Shown: positions 1 to 14,957, numbered from the stretch's first letter. The stretch: 26,815 bases of DNA from Eledone cirrhosa (GCA_964016885.1 CAXHJY010000802.1:1-26815); one strand, 5' to 3'. The notes: generated by a model from the letters alone, not told the origin. Numbers and translations are program-made.

Positions 1-61
1 GGGACACGAACCCACATTATTGGTTTGCCGGACCAATGTGTTACCATTACAGCAACATGTC
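1..61 (-). mobile_element. tRNA-like head (tRNA-derived SINE 5' end or tRNA pseudogene), cut by the window edge
   Basis: Minus strand reads GACATGT TG CTGTAATGGTAACAC A TTGGT CCGGCAA ACCAA TAATGTGGG TTCGTGT CCC. This gives an A-box-like D-arm, a 5-bp stem with 7-nt loop, and a B-box-like GGTTCGTGTCCC. It lies a few bases from a (TA)n run. Confidence 0.55.
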
Positions 62-64
62 AAC

Positions 65-67
<3 letters not shown>

Positions 68-145
<78 letters not shown>

Positions 146-181
146 GGTGTGTGTATGTGTGCGTGTGTGTGTGTGTGTGTG
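68..181. repeat. compound (TA)n-(TG)n microsatellite
   Basis: Seen directly; explains ORFs 25..336 and 36..389. Confidence 0.97.
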
Positions 182-804
182 GTTATGCGTGTTTAGCACA
201 ATGGTTTTATTCATGTGTTTGTTTTCATTATATCATATGCACGTGTTTTTGTATGTTTATATGTTTGTACTCTTCTCTGTGTGTATGTGTGTGTGTGTGT
301 GCATTTATGTCTCTCTATCTGTACATGTTTATGTAAGTATATATATATATACTATGCATTTTTTTCAGACGATACCAGTGTCTGATTAAGTTCCCGCTAA
401 CAATCCGGTTGGCTAGTAGGCAGTGTATATATGATTATGCAGTACAGAGATTATGTTGTTGAAGGAGACGTGAAATCAAAGACAAACTTTGTTATCTTTC
501 CGTAAAGTTTACAAACGTTATCAATCATCTATTTTGGCTACTAGTTTATCATGAAAGTCTTCTTGATTTAGCCAAAATAACCGCATTGATATATCTCTAG
601 AAAAAACACATGCCTGTATAAGTTAACAACCGCAAATAAATCATAACGTACTGGAATCTTACCGTCTGCCTGTCAGTCTAGAGAAGTCGTTATCATATCA
701 ATTTTTTCTTGTAGGAATATATCTGTTTATGCTGTAAAATTAACATATCTTCGTTTGCGGGTGTTAAACAGGAAACAATATTTATTCATTTATTTCCTCT
801 CTTA

Positions 805-889
<85 letters not shown>
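805..889. repeat. (TAT/ATA)n trinucleotide microsatellite
   Basis: Perfect run of about 28 units; explains the poly-N ORF 782..967. Confidence 0.98.
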
Positions 890-1654
890 GTGATCTTCAT
901 ATGTTTTTGATTTCTTTGTTTCTTCATTCCCAGATTCAGAAATCCTTCTGACGTTACAACTTAACAAGCAGACCTAGTGTTGTTTCATTAATTAATTTTG
1001 CCAGCGCAATTCATAATACGTGTTAAGTCAACAATCTTGGAGCAGCTGTTTGCTTCATAAGGTATGTTTATTAGAATATTCCTTTTGAGGTACCTGGTTT
1101 TGTTTTTGTTTTATAATAAGCGATAATCCATTTCATTATTGATCACATTATATGCTTTCAATCGCTCTTGGAATAATAATTAAAATGATTTCAAACATTT
1201 ATATTTATATTTTGGTATTTTATGTTTGTTTCTAAGGTAATCAATTTAATTTTTATTCTCAATTGGGTTATTGTCAGACATGATATTGTTATCCTGCAGT
1301 GAAGACCGAAACGAGTTTTGAGAGATGTTTCTACGATATAGTTTTCAATGTTTGTCAATTATAGCGATCGTCGAAAGAAAACTTGTTTCTGTAAATTGAA
1401 TAAACATTACAGCCAGCAAATCCTAGTTTAATTAAATATTTTTTATCTGAATTGACGTGGATGATATTTTCAGCCAACTAAGCATATTAAGCCAATAAGG
1501 ATTTTGTTATTTACCAATTAACATAACATTTATATCTTCAAATGTATGCAAAGCAGACGAACATATTCCTATATTTCCTGCCAGCTATACATATTCAGGT
1601 ATTTTTATGAACTTGATAAGATTTCCATTAATAACCATATGATGACATATTGAG

Positions 1655-1721
1655 TCGTCAGGTATGAAATTTATAGAAATTTGTTGAAAAAAAAGATTTC
1701 TACAAATTTCATTCTTGATGA
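1655..1721 (+). other. 28-bp imperfect hairpin, 11-nt loop
   Basis: 1655-1682 pairs with 1694-1721. As + RNA it has 23 Watson-Crick pairs, 3 G.U pairs, one U.U and one A.C mismatch. Confidence 0.75.
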
Positions 1722-2864
1722 ACCATAATATTTGCTACTTAAACCGTATTGGTGCAAACCTTAAACGTTGGTATAATATATGTGTAATCTAAAATGATAC
1801 CAATATTCATACACATTTGCCTGGTCAGAAGATCCATTTACATTTAAAATATGGAAACTGATTATGCATATATCATAAAATCAATAACCGGACGGTGTTT
1901 AAATCAGTGAATACAGCTGCAGAAACAAGATCAAACAAATATAGACATATATATGTATACACATTTAAATTTATTAATAAATATATTTAAAAATGTATCA
2001 ACACATCGCTAGAAGAGTCATTTAAACATCTAAATTTAGGTTCCTCTTCCGTGTGTTTGATAAATTGATAAATGTAAAAAAAAACAAGGTGGACGGAGAA
2101 TCGTTAGATGCTAAGCCTGATAGCTGTGATATAATGACCTCTAACGAATGAATAGAGATAAGGTGATCCTAGTGTTGGATTGCCCCCCCCCCAAAATAAA
2201 AAAAATAAAAATATATATATACAGACACACACACAAACACACATATATATATATATATGTGTGTGTGTGGGTGCGTGTGTGTGTGTGTGAGGGGATGTAT
2301 GCATACATCAATCATGAACGTAACTGGGGTTATTGGCAAATCCTAAACGGCAAACTGAATCTGTTTGTTTAATGGAATGAGAATAACCGAAATTATCTAT
2401 TATCAAATCGATATGTTTGTTCAAATACCAGAGAAACAATGGTTAATACAATAATGCTAACCAGTATGGAATAATATATATCAAAACTATTCCGATATAA
2501 TATGCTGTGACTATGGGAGAACATACGTTAAGACACATTCATCAATTAAATCCAAATTTCAAACCATCGGAGATCTATTGAATAATATACACGTAAAGAA
2601 CAAAAAAATAGTAAAGGAAATAAATGAATGAGATAGAAAAGGAAATACATGAGAGAAAATATGTACTAAATAATTTTTATGAAATCGTATCTACGAGAAA
2701 TACAACTAACCCTGTATATACATACATATTACAATATATCAAATCCATTCCCGCAGGCTAACGCCGGCACACACATATACATATATATAATATACATACA
2801 CACATACACACATATACACGCACAAAGACACACAAACACACAAACATACATACATACACACACA

Positions 2865-3641
<777 letters not shown>

Positions 3642-4696
3642 TATATATATATATATAAGCGTGTGTCTCTGTATGTGTGGTTAGACAACTCTGTAAAATA
3701 TTTATGCAATTACACTATGCATTGCATACACGAATTTAAGAAAAGGCTAAAATAATGAACGTTTTTACGGGGAATATTTTCGAAGATAATAATTAGTGTT
3801 AGGCCTATATGTAAATGACAATTTATTTATGCATACTACGCTCTCGTATAATTATGAAGTCGATGCCTCAGATAAGGAGCTATCGATATGTTGACGGCTT
3901 AGAACTCGTTATTTAAAGAGTGTCGTTAACATATCTTGAATATATTAAGATTATTCAGGATTATACTCAAGATAATCACTTAGTCGTGGGCAAGATATGC
4001 TTTAGGTGTTATTATCGTGTCCCTATGTTATCAATCTTATGTGATCTAAAACCATGATATACCTTGCAATGAGATAATTAATTGTCCTTATAGAACGCCT
4101 GATAAATTATTTCCATCATCATATATCTCTAAATGTTTTAAGATTCTATAAACGCGTCTCTCACAGCCGTTTGGGAAAATAAATATCGCATTTGAATAAG
4201 ATTCATGACTTTGTGAAAGCAACGAATTCGACATTGCGTGTGCACGAAACAAAAATATATGGACATAACAAGAAATTGAAGAGAATGGATTTGCAGCAAA
4301 AAAACATCTTCGAATTTACAAAATAATTGTCATTAAAACTAAGGTGTTTACCTCAAAATATGCAAATTGTTAAATGCAGGAATGTTTAGCCAAGCCACAA
4401 ACATAGTTTGTTTTTATACCTTTTTTAATCTTTCGAATTAATTTATTTAAGGATGTAAAATTTAGAATTTGAAAGCAGGATGAATTTGTTTTTGGATATA
4501 TAATCTTCAGAATTTAATGAATTTATTCTTTTTTCTTCTCTCATTTAAAAACAAAAACTATTATATAGATAGAATCAGAGTCACACACATAAACGCACAC
4601 AGATGCATAGACACAGTCACAATCACTATTACCCAAACACTTTGTCACCAGAATTAGTTTGTGAATTCACATGTTTAAACATACACTGCCAAATCT

Positions 4697-4699
<3 letters not shown>

Positions 4700-4741
<42 letters not shown>

Positions 4742-4920
4742 CCATTGTTTTTACACACACACACACAGACACACACATACACACACACGCACAAACACAC
4801 ATACATACATATATATATATATGTGTATGAATATATGTATGTATGTATGCATATATGTATATATGTATATATGTATGTATATATGTATTTATGTATGTAT
4901 ATAATTGTGTGTGTATGTAT
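4700..4920. repeat. compound TA / CA / TATG low-complexity tract
   Basis: Seen directly. Confidence 0.93.
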
Positions 4921-5626
4921 TCGTGTTCTTATGTGTACTAAAGACGTAAACATTTTCAAACATTTAAATAGAACTAAGGCAAAAATAAAATGTCATTCTC
5001 TCTTTAAGTGATTCCTGAACGCTTCAATCCTGTTAAACAATGTGATTAGCACCGAAATTGAAAGAATAAAATTACGACTTTAACAGATTTTCTGGAATAA
5101 AATTAAAAAAAAACATAATCTCTTCATATGGAAATTTCCTTTAATGAAATCTTGCTGCGATTGACACATTAGGTTATATTTTCTCTTTCCTATTTATTAT
5201 TATTATTCTAAGACTTTATATATTCCTTTAAAATATTATTATATTTCTTCATTACTACCTACAAACATTTTTTACTTGATCGAATATTATTGAATGTTGA
5301 TGATTATCATAACAGTTGCAAAGACGTCCATGTAGCTGAAAGAAACAAAAAAGATTTTGGGGGAAGATGTTTTGGGGTTTGAATAGTGAGAAAAATAATG
5401 AAATCTTAAATGCTGATAAGTGCGATCATATTGGTGAACATGTCAAGCATACATCTACATTATAATAATAGTAGTGAAGACAAAATATGTGGTATTGAAT
5501 CTGGAATTGAGGGCACTGGTTTTGTCGGAAATAATGTACATATTTGTTATCATGAAGACTAGGATGATAATGTTTGATAAATATTATGTTTGTAACGATG
5601 ATGCTGATACTGATTAATAATTTGCA

Positions 5627-5693
5627 GAAAGGATGTATGCAGGATTTCAACTCAGAACGTAAAGGACCGTATATCTATTCTGCAGATTCTGCC
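5627..5693 (-). mobile_element. decayed, internally deleted copy of the SINE at 10096 and 14168
   Basis: Reverse complement contains GGCAGAATC ... TACGGTCCTTTACGTTCTGAGTTGAAATCCTGC ... CATCCTTTC, collinear with the A-box, B-box and central segment of the two full copies. Confidence 0.7.
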
Positions 5694-5936
5694 TAATTGT
5701 GTGCATCTTTAACCGGGGTCACATCAAATTAAAATGACGCAGAGACACAAATATTGAAATCAATTCATGATTTTGTATGTTTTAAGAAAATAACCATTAA
5801 TAATACGTGCATATATGCCAAATCAAAACGTTATACTAAATATCGATTAATAGTATTATTTATCTATGTATGTGACTATTATTATTTGTGAGCATGGACA
5901 TATCTATTTCTATATATATATTTATATATGTTTATT

Positions 5937-5973
<37 letters not shown>

Positions 5974-6717
5974 CTCACTCTCCTCTCTGTGTCTCTCTCT
6001 ATATACATGTTTATATGTATATACATGCACACGCTCATATGCACACCTGTTTATATATTAGGGAGATAAAGTAGGAGAGAGAATTGACTGTTCATTCTCG
6101 TTCTCTTCAACCAGAAATTTCCCTCTCGAGGTGATGAATAGCTTTGCACGTAAGTGACAGGAATGGTACATATTCCAGTGTTATCAGTATACATGAATAA
6201 ATACATGCTTGTTAGACTTCATTCATAAATATGCTAGAACAAAGGTTAGATAATAAAATATACGAAAAATATAGAAGTCTTAAGACGGATTGTAAGAAGA
6301 CACTACAGTGAAATCGCATATCAAATGTTCAGAGAAGAACATAAATGGAATATTAATACCTTGGATTTGAAGGTGGAAAGGGTTTCATACATGATTTATG
6401 TCGTTTTCTAAGTATACAACAAGAAGAAATATTACTCATATCAAGGGTGAATTGTTTCTCTGCTCAATATGAGAGGCAATGACTAAAACAAAAAGAAAAC
6501 ACGCTGATAAATTGGGGGACGGTTAAAGGTGGTCTGACAGAGAAAATATTGAAATAGAGGCTTTCTTATGATGCCAGGATACTGAACAATCAGGAAATAA
6601 TGTGAATTTTTTATCTCATTTTACAATTAGGCTATGGTGTCCTCGTTTATTAAAATGAACTATCTCTGATTCTATCCTCATTGAGAAATGTCCATGAAAT
6701 ATATCTGTATGTTTCAT

Positions 6718-7160
6718 TTGAATTTGAGTAAGACTGAGTCAAAACTGTATCCTATTACCTCTAAGTTAATTTTCGTGGGTTAACTAGATCTCGGCTGGAA
6801 GACCGAAAATCTCTATTGTCTCCATCTATATGAATACCAATCAATGGATTCCATTATACTGTGTGAACACACCACATAATTCAATTAATTCAATCTGTAA
6901 ATTAGTAGGAGAAGGTTTTCAGTCATTCTTTCTCCAAATATAGTCATCATGCACCAATGTTCACACTGTCAGCAATCCTGTCCCAAGGATATATCCCGAA
7001 TATCGTAACATATTATGCGAGAGAGTATTTGATTTATTAATATCCTTCATCAATTGAGTCCAAGACACGTTTAGTTATGCAGTGGTCCTATAATTTTGCA
7101 TTATGGTTCTGAAAAAATACAATTTAATAAGAATGTTATATGGTATCTCTGCATTTTAAC
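6718..7160 (+). pseudogene. possible highly decayed CR1/L2-type reverse transcriptase relic
   Basis: Collinear degenerate motifs across frameshifts: LNLSK..KTVSY (cf. LDLSKAFDTVSH) at about 6718, V(P)QG at about 6980, FINIL (cf. YINDL) at about 7033, YAVVL*F (cf. YADDLKLF) at 7076, W..LHFN at about 7141. Matched by eye only; needs a profile search. Confidence 0.3.
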
Positions 7161-7435
7161 CAATAGTGAATAGCCTGTGTATATGAAGGTCCTATTAAAG
7201 AGTCAGCAACATAACATACTGTTCATACCAGCATTTGGAATTTTTTATTAATCTCTTTACATCAATCACAGTTAAACCTTGATTTACATTGCCTCGTACG
7301 TCGTTACTCAATTTATCATTATTTAGAGGCATTGCATAGATAAAGACATGAAGCATAACTCATTAATCCATGACCTCTTGCATCTTTTCCGTCCGATCAC
7401 AAGGTGTGATTACTTAATCCCACTTCACATTGAAA

Positions 7436-7680
<245 letters not shown>

Positions 7681-8117
7681 GTGAGTGTGTGCTTGTGAGT
7701 ATGTCTGTGTGTAGGTGTGTATGTATGTTCAAAATTATATATAAATATATATACCGAGACATATATATAGAGGTCTATTTATATGTGTGGGATTGTCAAT
7801 GTGCGAAATGCGTGTTTAAATCCACTCTCGTTCTCATCAATTGCTAACGGCGTAAATATTAAGGTTTTTGAAGTTCTGTGAAACTTAATCCCGTGGTGCA
7901 TCAAACAATACCTCACGGCACAATCTATATTTGGAAAATATTTTATAAAAGTAATGCTATATAGAAACAATAAAAAAAGTTGTATTACCCCCAGTAAATA
8001 AAATCTTAAAAGATATTTAATATCTCATTATATATGAGGAACGATTAACTATTTCAATTTGCCCCTCACTTTAAAAAACATTTCACACGCACACACATAC
8101 ACACAAACAGGTACAGA

Positions 8118-8132
8118 CACACACTCACACGA

Positions 8133-8204
<72 letters not shown>
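8118..8204. repeat. CA/(TA)n microsatellite
   Basis: Seen directly. Confidence 0.95.
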
Positions 8205-8207
<3 letters not shown>

Positions 8208-8501
8208 CAATAAATTTCAACCAGAATAACTATTAGTATATATATATATATTCAAAACTTCGTATCTGTATTTCCTATTACTAGTTTTTTTTAATGTAAA
8301 TGAATCAATTAATTGCGTCGATATATATCGTTGTCCTGTTTCCACCGTGAAGTGGTTTCAAATAGACACAAATTCAGGACATTCGCATATGCAGTTTCTG
8401 ATTGTCATCGCCTGTAAATGATTTGAAGAACATATATGTATATGTATATATCTCCCAGAAAAACCTGAACCGTTAAGGTATCGTTTCTTTGTTATTGCAG
8501 A

Positions 8502-8750
<249 letters not shown>

Positions 8751-8983
8751 GATGGTAGCTAAGATGCTTCCCTAGGCGGTATGCCGGTTGAGCACTCTAT
8801 GCTGTTACAGAGCAGAGTATGATAGAATAGAAAGCGAAAAATCATTGATGCAACTGAACTTAAATTATTGTGTGTTACAAATGTTTCGCTGACGGACAAC
8901 TCGAGACTCGATCATCGTGTGGATCTGTCTGATTCTGGACCCGCAGGTTCGACGGACTCCTCTAATGACGGACTCTCTCACTG
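8751..8983 (-). mobile_element. truncated TA-embedded element with hammerhead 3' half (Penelope- or retrozyme-like remnant)
   Basis: GC-richer island between dinucleotide runs. Minus strand has GAAAC-AUUU-GUA (8876-8887) but no CUGANGA. GACGGAC occurs three times (8891, 8951, 8967). Confidence 0.4.
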
Positions 8984-9053
8984 ATATATATATATATATA
9001 TATATATAGTAATAATAATAAATGTGAAGACTAAATTCCGAAGAGGCTCGATA

Positions 9054-9112
<59 letters not shown>

Positions 9113-9340
9113 CATAAAACCGTGAAAGCAGCGATTATTTGCTTACAATTTAATTTGTTACTTTTATATATATATCACATATATCAAGTTTGGCTTCGTT
9201 TATTATAAATTATAGATGACTTAATTATTTTACATTACTCTGGAGTAAGCACACCAACATGCGTACTTCGTCGAGTGCTCCAATCTGCATACTAAGGTGT
9301 CGGTAAACAACCAACATATACTCAACATCTCTCTCTCTCT

Positions 9341-9383
<43 letters not shown>

Positions 9384-9394
9384 CACATGCACAC

Positions 9395-9429
<35 letters not shown>

Positions 9430-10095
9430 GGGGGGGGGTGAGAGTGAGAGAGAGAGTTTCTCCTTATAATACAGCCACCTAAACAAGATCTACACTGCGT
9501 TCTTCAATTCAAATAAATCAACAATCTTAATTCAACAAATTTATAATGACAACACGCATAATCTGTATAGAACTAGCGTTTCTACTTTCGGGCATGATTG
9601 CTGCCCGACTCTTTACGTTCCTAAGATAGACAATTTGAAAGAGATGATACCAATAAGAAATTACTGCAAGTTCCTGAAACTCTGTTCATATTTATGAAGC
9701 GCTTGTCGCGGATGACATTAATTATATAAAATGTAATAATTATATAATCTGACGATTTTCACACATCACCACTTTACTCGGCATTTTATTGTTTAATATT
9801 CCTCATTGTATATTGTAGATTGTTGGTTATTTTCATTTCTTGGCATCTGGTGTTGTTATTCTTTTCAGACACCCGTCATTTTCTTATTTCTCCTAATATA
9901 TGTATAATTATCGAGCTGATTGTTTCGATTCAATCACAACGAACAGATACACTCATACGAACATTTAAACATCCTCGCACACACAAATATACAGGCAAAC
10001 AAACACATATATATATAGAGAGAAATGTTAATGTATAATTATAATTACTGAAATATAGAAAAAGAATAATAGAGAGAATCATTATTTATATAATA

Positions 10096-10280
10096 GGGCG
10101 GTGGATTGGCAGTATCGGTAGAGTGTCGGACGCCATGCTTTCCAGCATAGTTACGTCCCTTTACGATCTGAGTTCAAATCTCGCCGAGGTTTACTTTGAC
10201 TTTCATCCTTACGGGGTCGATAAAATAAAGTTCCAGTAATGCACTGGGTAATTGCTGGCCTTGTGCCTAAAGTAGAAACA
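10096..10280 (+). mobile_element. tRNA-derived SINE, full length, 15-bp target-site duplication
   Basis: A-box TGGCAGTATCGG (10107), B-box GAGTTCAAATC (10170), central TTTCATCCTTACGGGGTCGATAAAATAAAG (resembles a MetaSINE-type conserved domain, from memory). TSD ATTATTTATATAATA at 10081-10095 and 10281-10295. Second copy at 14168. Confidence 0.9.
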
Positions 10281-11237
10281 ATTATTTATATAATAAGAGG
10301 AAAATAACATAATTTATCAATCCATAGTTTCTTGCAACATTAGGAAATTTATTCTTTGCAATCTTCCATTGATATCTACACTGAATTATACAGCCTGTTT
10401 CTTATGTGTTTGCCTCTAAGTCTTTCTTTTCTATTTGGATTTAATTTGCGTATGCTGTTGCCTGTTGTGTCAGTTACAGTAAACAATTATTTTTATTATC
10501 AATAATGACTGTTTCCTATCTGCTTCGTCTATATGATTGAAACATAGAAGGTTTATATGGCTTTAAATTTACGAATGCAAGGAAGTGTATATAATTCATA
10601 TAGATATATTAAAAATAAGGTCCTGATTTACTTTCACAGAGGTTTAACTAGTCAATAATTTGCAAGCTGACAACGTAAAGCTGGAAAATATCTCGAGAGT
10701 ACGAATGTTTCATGATTATGAACATTTTAAAATCCAAATCTAAATATTCTCTTTTCTATACGTGCAGTGAAACATAATATACCATATACAGTGTCGTGTT
10801 AAAAACATTAAAACGATTATTCTTTGAGATTTTATTAGATTTTTTTTAGAGAAAGTCGGAAAACATCATTAAACGTAAGATACATAACTATAAAATCATA
10901 GCGGAGTGGATTCAAAAACAAATGTCTTCGGTTTAAGAGGTTTGCAATCAGCACAACGATAGACATTACTTTCAAAAACGTTTTTCATTTATGATAAAAT
11001 TTCACGTAGTTCCAATGATTTGCAGAGAGAAATTAAATCATTTCATTGAAAGCTTATGCTAACGAGAGCACAAGTGCTTTAGATATCACTTTTGCTTTCA
11101 GGAACTATCATCTGCATATGTACCGACAAATATTTTGAATATATGAAACATGAAATATACTATTTAACCTCTGGACTGACATCAAACATTTTCTTTGAAC
11201 ACTGTCGCAGTCAATCTGCTTCAATTGAATACGAACT

Positions 11238-11349
11238 ATACACACATATGCACACACATACATTCACCACGCGCACACACACTCATACACACATCCTCAT
11301 ACACACACACATACATACATACATTCATACATACATACATATATATATA

Positions 11350-11442
<93 letters not shown>

Positions 11443-11456
11443 AATATCAAAATGTA

Positions 11457-11490
<34 letters not shown>
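11238..11490. repeat. compound CA/CATA/(TA)n microsatellite
   Basis: Seen directly. Confidence 0.95.
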
Positions 11491-11494
<4 letters not shown>

Positions 11495-14010
11495 CGCACA
11501 GACAGACATACTTATTTCAGCCTGATGGCGCCTCTGCGATAACGGGTGTTTTTATGTGTGGATAAAATTTACCGAGTCGTCTGAAATATTTTCAGTAGAA
11601 AATATATTAAGGGTTATGTCCGCTGGTCAAATTATACTTAATATATTCCTCTACATGAATAACCACAGAAACCTTTGCTGCCAGAAATACAAATTATGTT
11701 TCTAAAGTATTAAGATATTCATGAAAGATTATCACTTTTTCGCTTAATTATCGTCTCTCTTTTCCTTCTACCAACATTTTCTCCATTAAGTGTATTTTAT
11801 GTTTTCGCTAAAAGTTGAAAGTGAAACATTTTTGTAATGCTATTTATACGAATCATATATTATCTCTGAAATAGAAATATAGAATAAAATATACAATTTA
11901 TTATTATTTTCAATACTGAAACGTTTAATTTTAGACTACATGCTATCCCTCAGTGAACCGAATTTTGAACAATGTTATTCTATCACATGTTAGACCGATG
12001 AACGTAAATGTTTCTCTGTACACCAAAGTTAATATGGCTATAACTAGATTATACGCGTGTTCGTTTCGAATTGAAAACAACTATATTAGAAAAGTATTGA
12101 TGAAACGAAGAACATAATTTTTGTATGTTCAAATATCAAACATTTTGACAATGTAACATTCGAATAACTTCATATTCAATGATGACTGAACAATATAATT
12201 GAACAGAAGGCAGAAAATGTAATTAGTGTTTTATCAACAAATTTCTGATGCCGAATTGTGTATTTGAGCATCTATTTCATCTTTATATAAACCATATAAA
12301 TTTAAACAAAAAAACATCCAAATATAGACCTTGTGTACTATAATAATTGTATGGGTATAATATATTAGTTGCTTAGAAAAATGTCACTTGCTTATTCTAT
12401 CTGCAATGTATGATGCGTGATGTTGAATGTATCTGTGTCTTCATTTATGTCATAGCTAGAATATAGCATTATCTTAACACACATTTGACAGGATGGGGGA
12501 ATTTTACGAATGCAAATTGATCTGCATCACTAGTAATTATGAGGTTGTCAGATATTTCATAGTAATAAACCTTTATATTATTTTAAAATACGAACAAGAA
12601 TTACAAGCAGTGTCACTTCGTAAAGACTTTGCTCGATTCAAATTATGTTGAATAATGTCCCATGATAAATTAAGACTCTACAAAATAGTAGGACATTAAA
12701 AGGAATATTTGTCATGTGTAAATAATGTCAAATATATTTCTTCCACCGGTATTTAACAAGATCATATCAGAAATTTGTGTTTACTAATTAAATGCTTATT
12801 AAACGTAACACCATATGCTATTTTCTGAAAGACTATGTATATATGTGTGCGGATACATTTTTATGTATGAATGGATGCAAAGAAAACGAATGTTTTGTAT
12901 TGCATTAGATAAGGACTCATATATATGACTTGCGTTTAATTCGACGAGGCGTATTTCACAACAAAGTGGTGAGCTCCCAATATGATTATGCAAAGAGAGT
13001 ATATGAAATACTAATAAGCTGTTGTAGAGTAGACCTATGTAGCTGAGCACACCAAAGACATACGTAGGTCACAGGGACAATCAGCGTGACACAAATTTAA
13101 TTTTAAAAAAACTACGTTGATTTTAATTTTTACACATATAATGCACAATGTGAACATTGACTCCATGAATTTAAAACGTATTTTGAACATACTGTGTGCG
13201 GGGAGAAAGAAATAATGAAGGCACTGATACACATTTTTGTAACCAAAACAAAACGTAGGGTATATTGTAAATAACCGCCATTATGAATGGACCTTTTCGA
13301 AAATGATTCTCTCATATAATATTTCAGCGCCTTATCTCAACCTAAGAGAAAATGAAAGAGAAGAAAATGAAATGAATACAGTTTATCAGTTGGTATATTT
13401 CATGCGTTCTTCTGTGCTATAATTCTCTAATCTACAAGAGAATAAAAACAGCGCTAACCATATATCGCCCCGAAATTTACAGATTTGATAAAGCACCCAG
13501 TTTCCTTCTTGTAACCAAGTAAGAGCAAAGCGATTGGTCAGGTTTTAGGTAGCTCCAACTAGATAGTGTATGTGTTTATCTATCCCTCAAGCTCTGATAT
13601 TCCATACAAGACATTTACTATTAATGCAATTCTCTCGTCCAGCCACATTACAGCAAATCCTCTAAAGTTCTTCACTGTTTTGCATTTATCGCTTTGTTAA
13701 ATATTATCTGCGCTATAGAGCACCTAATGTCTTTCTTTACCCAGCTTGCCTACATTATATAAAGTTATTGATGATGCAATGATCCTGCAAGAAATGATTC
13801 AGCCACTCAAGTTATAGTTTGCCTATGATGTTCTGAAGGTACTCTTATCCGGTAATTTGTTAACATGTATGTTCTGGTATTTATTGAAGATGATAGAGGA
13901 ATTACAGGTGATGCTCATTGGATTAGTTTTTGAGTGTGCCTGAGAAATATCCCATTCAACCCTATCTTATACCACCCATAAAGTACGGGCTTCAAAACCG
14001 GTGAGCATTT

Positions 14011-14033
14011 ATGATTCCATATGATTTCATATG

Positions 14034-14040
<7 letters not shown>
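14011..14040. repeat. 10-bp tandem repeat x3 (ATGATTYCAT) running into (TA)n
   Basis: ATGATTCCAT ATGATTTCAT ATGATTTCAT. Confidence 0.85.
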
Positions 14041-14075
<35 letters not shown>

Positions 14076-14167
14076 CAGTTATCTGAATATAGTGTTTATG
14101 TCACCCAAGAAAGGGGCGTCAATATGTAAACAGAGGTAAATATACAGTTTATTTAAAATAGATAACA

Positions 14168-14358
14168 GGGCGGTGGATTGGCAGTATCGGTAGAGAGTCG
14201 GGCACTATGCTTAGTAGTTTAGAGCTACGGCCCTTTACAGTCTGAGTTCAAATAGCACCGAGGTTAAACTCTTCCTTTCATCCTTTCAGGATCGATAATA
14301 TAAAGTACCAGTAATACACTGGATAATAATTTCTGGCATTGTGCCAAAATAGAAACAA
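14168..14358 (+). mobile_element. tRNA-derived SINE, full length, degenerate ~19-bp TSD
   Basis: Collinear with the 10096 copy from GGGCGGTGGATTGGCAGTATCGGTAGAG to TTGTGCC..AA.TAGAAACAATTATT. Flanks TTATTTAAAATAGATAACA (14149-14167) and TTATTTAAAATATATAGTA (14359-14377) are 16/19 identical. Confidence 0.9.
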
Positions 14359-14913
14359 TTATTTAAAATATATAGTAAACCGGAGTAATACTCTGAGCTT
14401 CCCAAAGAAACCTCTTGTTATCCTTGCTTATCTTCTGTAAATTCCGAGTACCTAGGAAGGTATCCGAACGTTTAATTTCTGTATGTATATATATATATAT
14501 GTATTTATATTTACACAAACAAAACACACACACATGCCCATGCAATTTTAAATGTATAAATATATATCGTTATTCCCATTTGTAATAATCCTGAACAATC
14601 CCATCCGATGCGGTGCATATTTCGATCAGTGCATATGAGTATCGTTTGCTACAGAACATTGCTCTTTTCGTTAAAGAGAAAGAAAAACGTATCAACATGG
14701 ATTGGAATGTAAACATTTACATTTGCGTATATGTTTCTAGAGGCTCGTGCTAATTTCGTATGATACATGCATCCATACATATATTAAAACCCTAATATAG
14801 AAGCAAAAAAAAAACACTGAGTATTAAATGCACACACACATGCACACATACATACATACACACATACACACATATATAAAAATATATATATATATGTGCA
14901 TGCGTATATATGC

Positions 14914-14957
<44 letters not shown>

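Noticed and set aside
890-980. Possible minus-strand retroposon 3' end attached to the (AAT)n run
   Set aside because: No similarity to the R4/Dong 3' UTR at 17136-17280 and no coding remnant seen.
1299-1318. GTGAAGACCGAAACGAG, hammerhead-like
   Set aside because: No room for stem II and no stem I or III pairing.
2087-2110. AGGTGGACGGAGAATCGTTAG, similar to a SINE head
   Set aside because: Too short, and no B box follows.
6265-6510. NIEVLRRIVRR...YMIYV...NMRGND, resembling a CR1 C-terminus
   Set aside because: Too degenerate to support by eye, and it lies upstream of the putative RT relic, which is the wrong order.
9570-9620. TCGGGCA/TGCCCGA hairpin near GAAA on the minus strand, as a hammerhead
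   Set aside because: No CUGANGA-like core and no stem I.
11526-11537. GGCGCCTCTGC matching the reverse complement at about 26576 (CTCF-like GC motif)
   Set aside because: An 11-bp match with no flanking homology; insufficient for a regulatory call.
13550-13750. Minus-strand traces resembling an RTE C-terminus (SW..., SKCLVW, TYTI*L)
   Set aside because: Short motifs needing several frameshifts; not supportable without a profile search.
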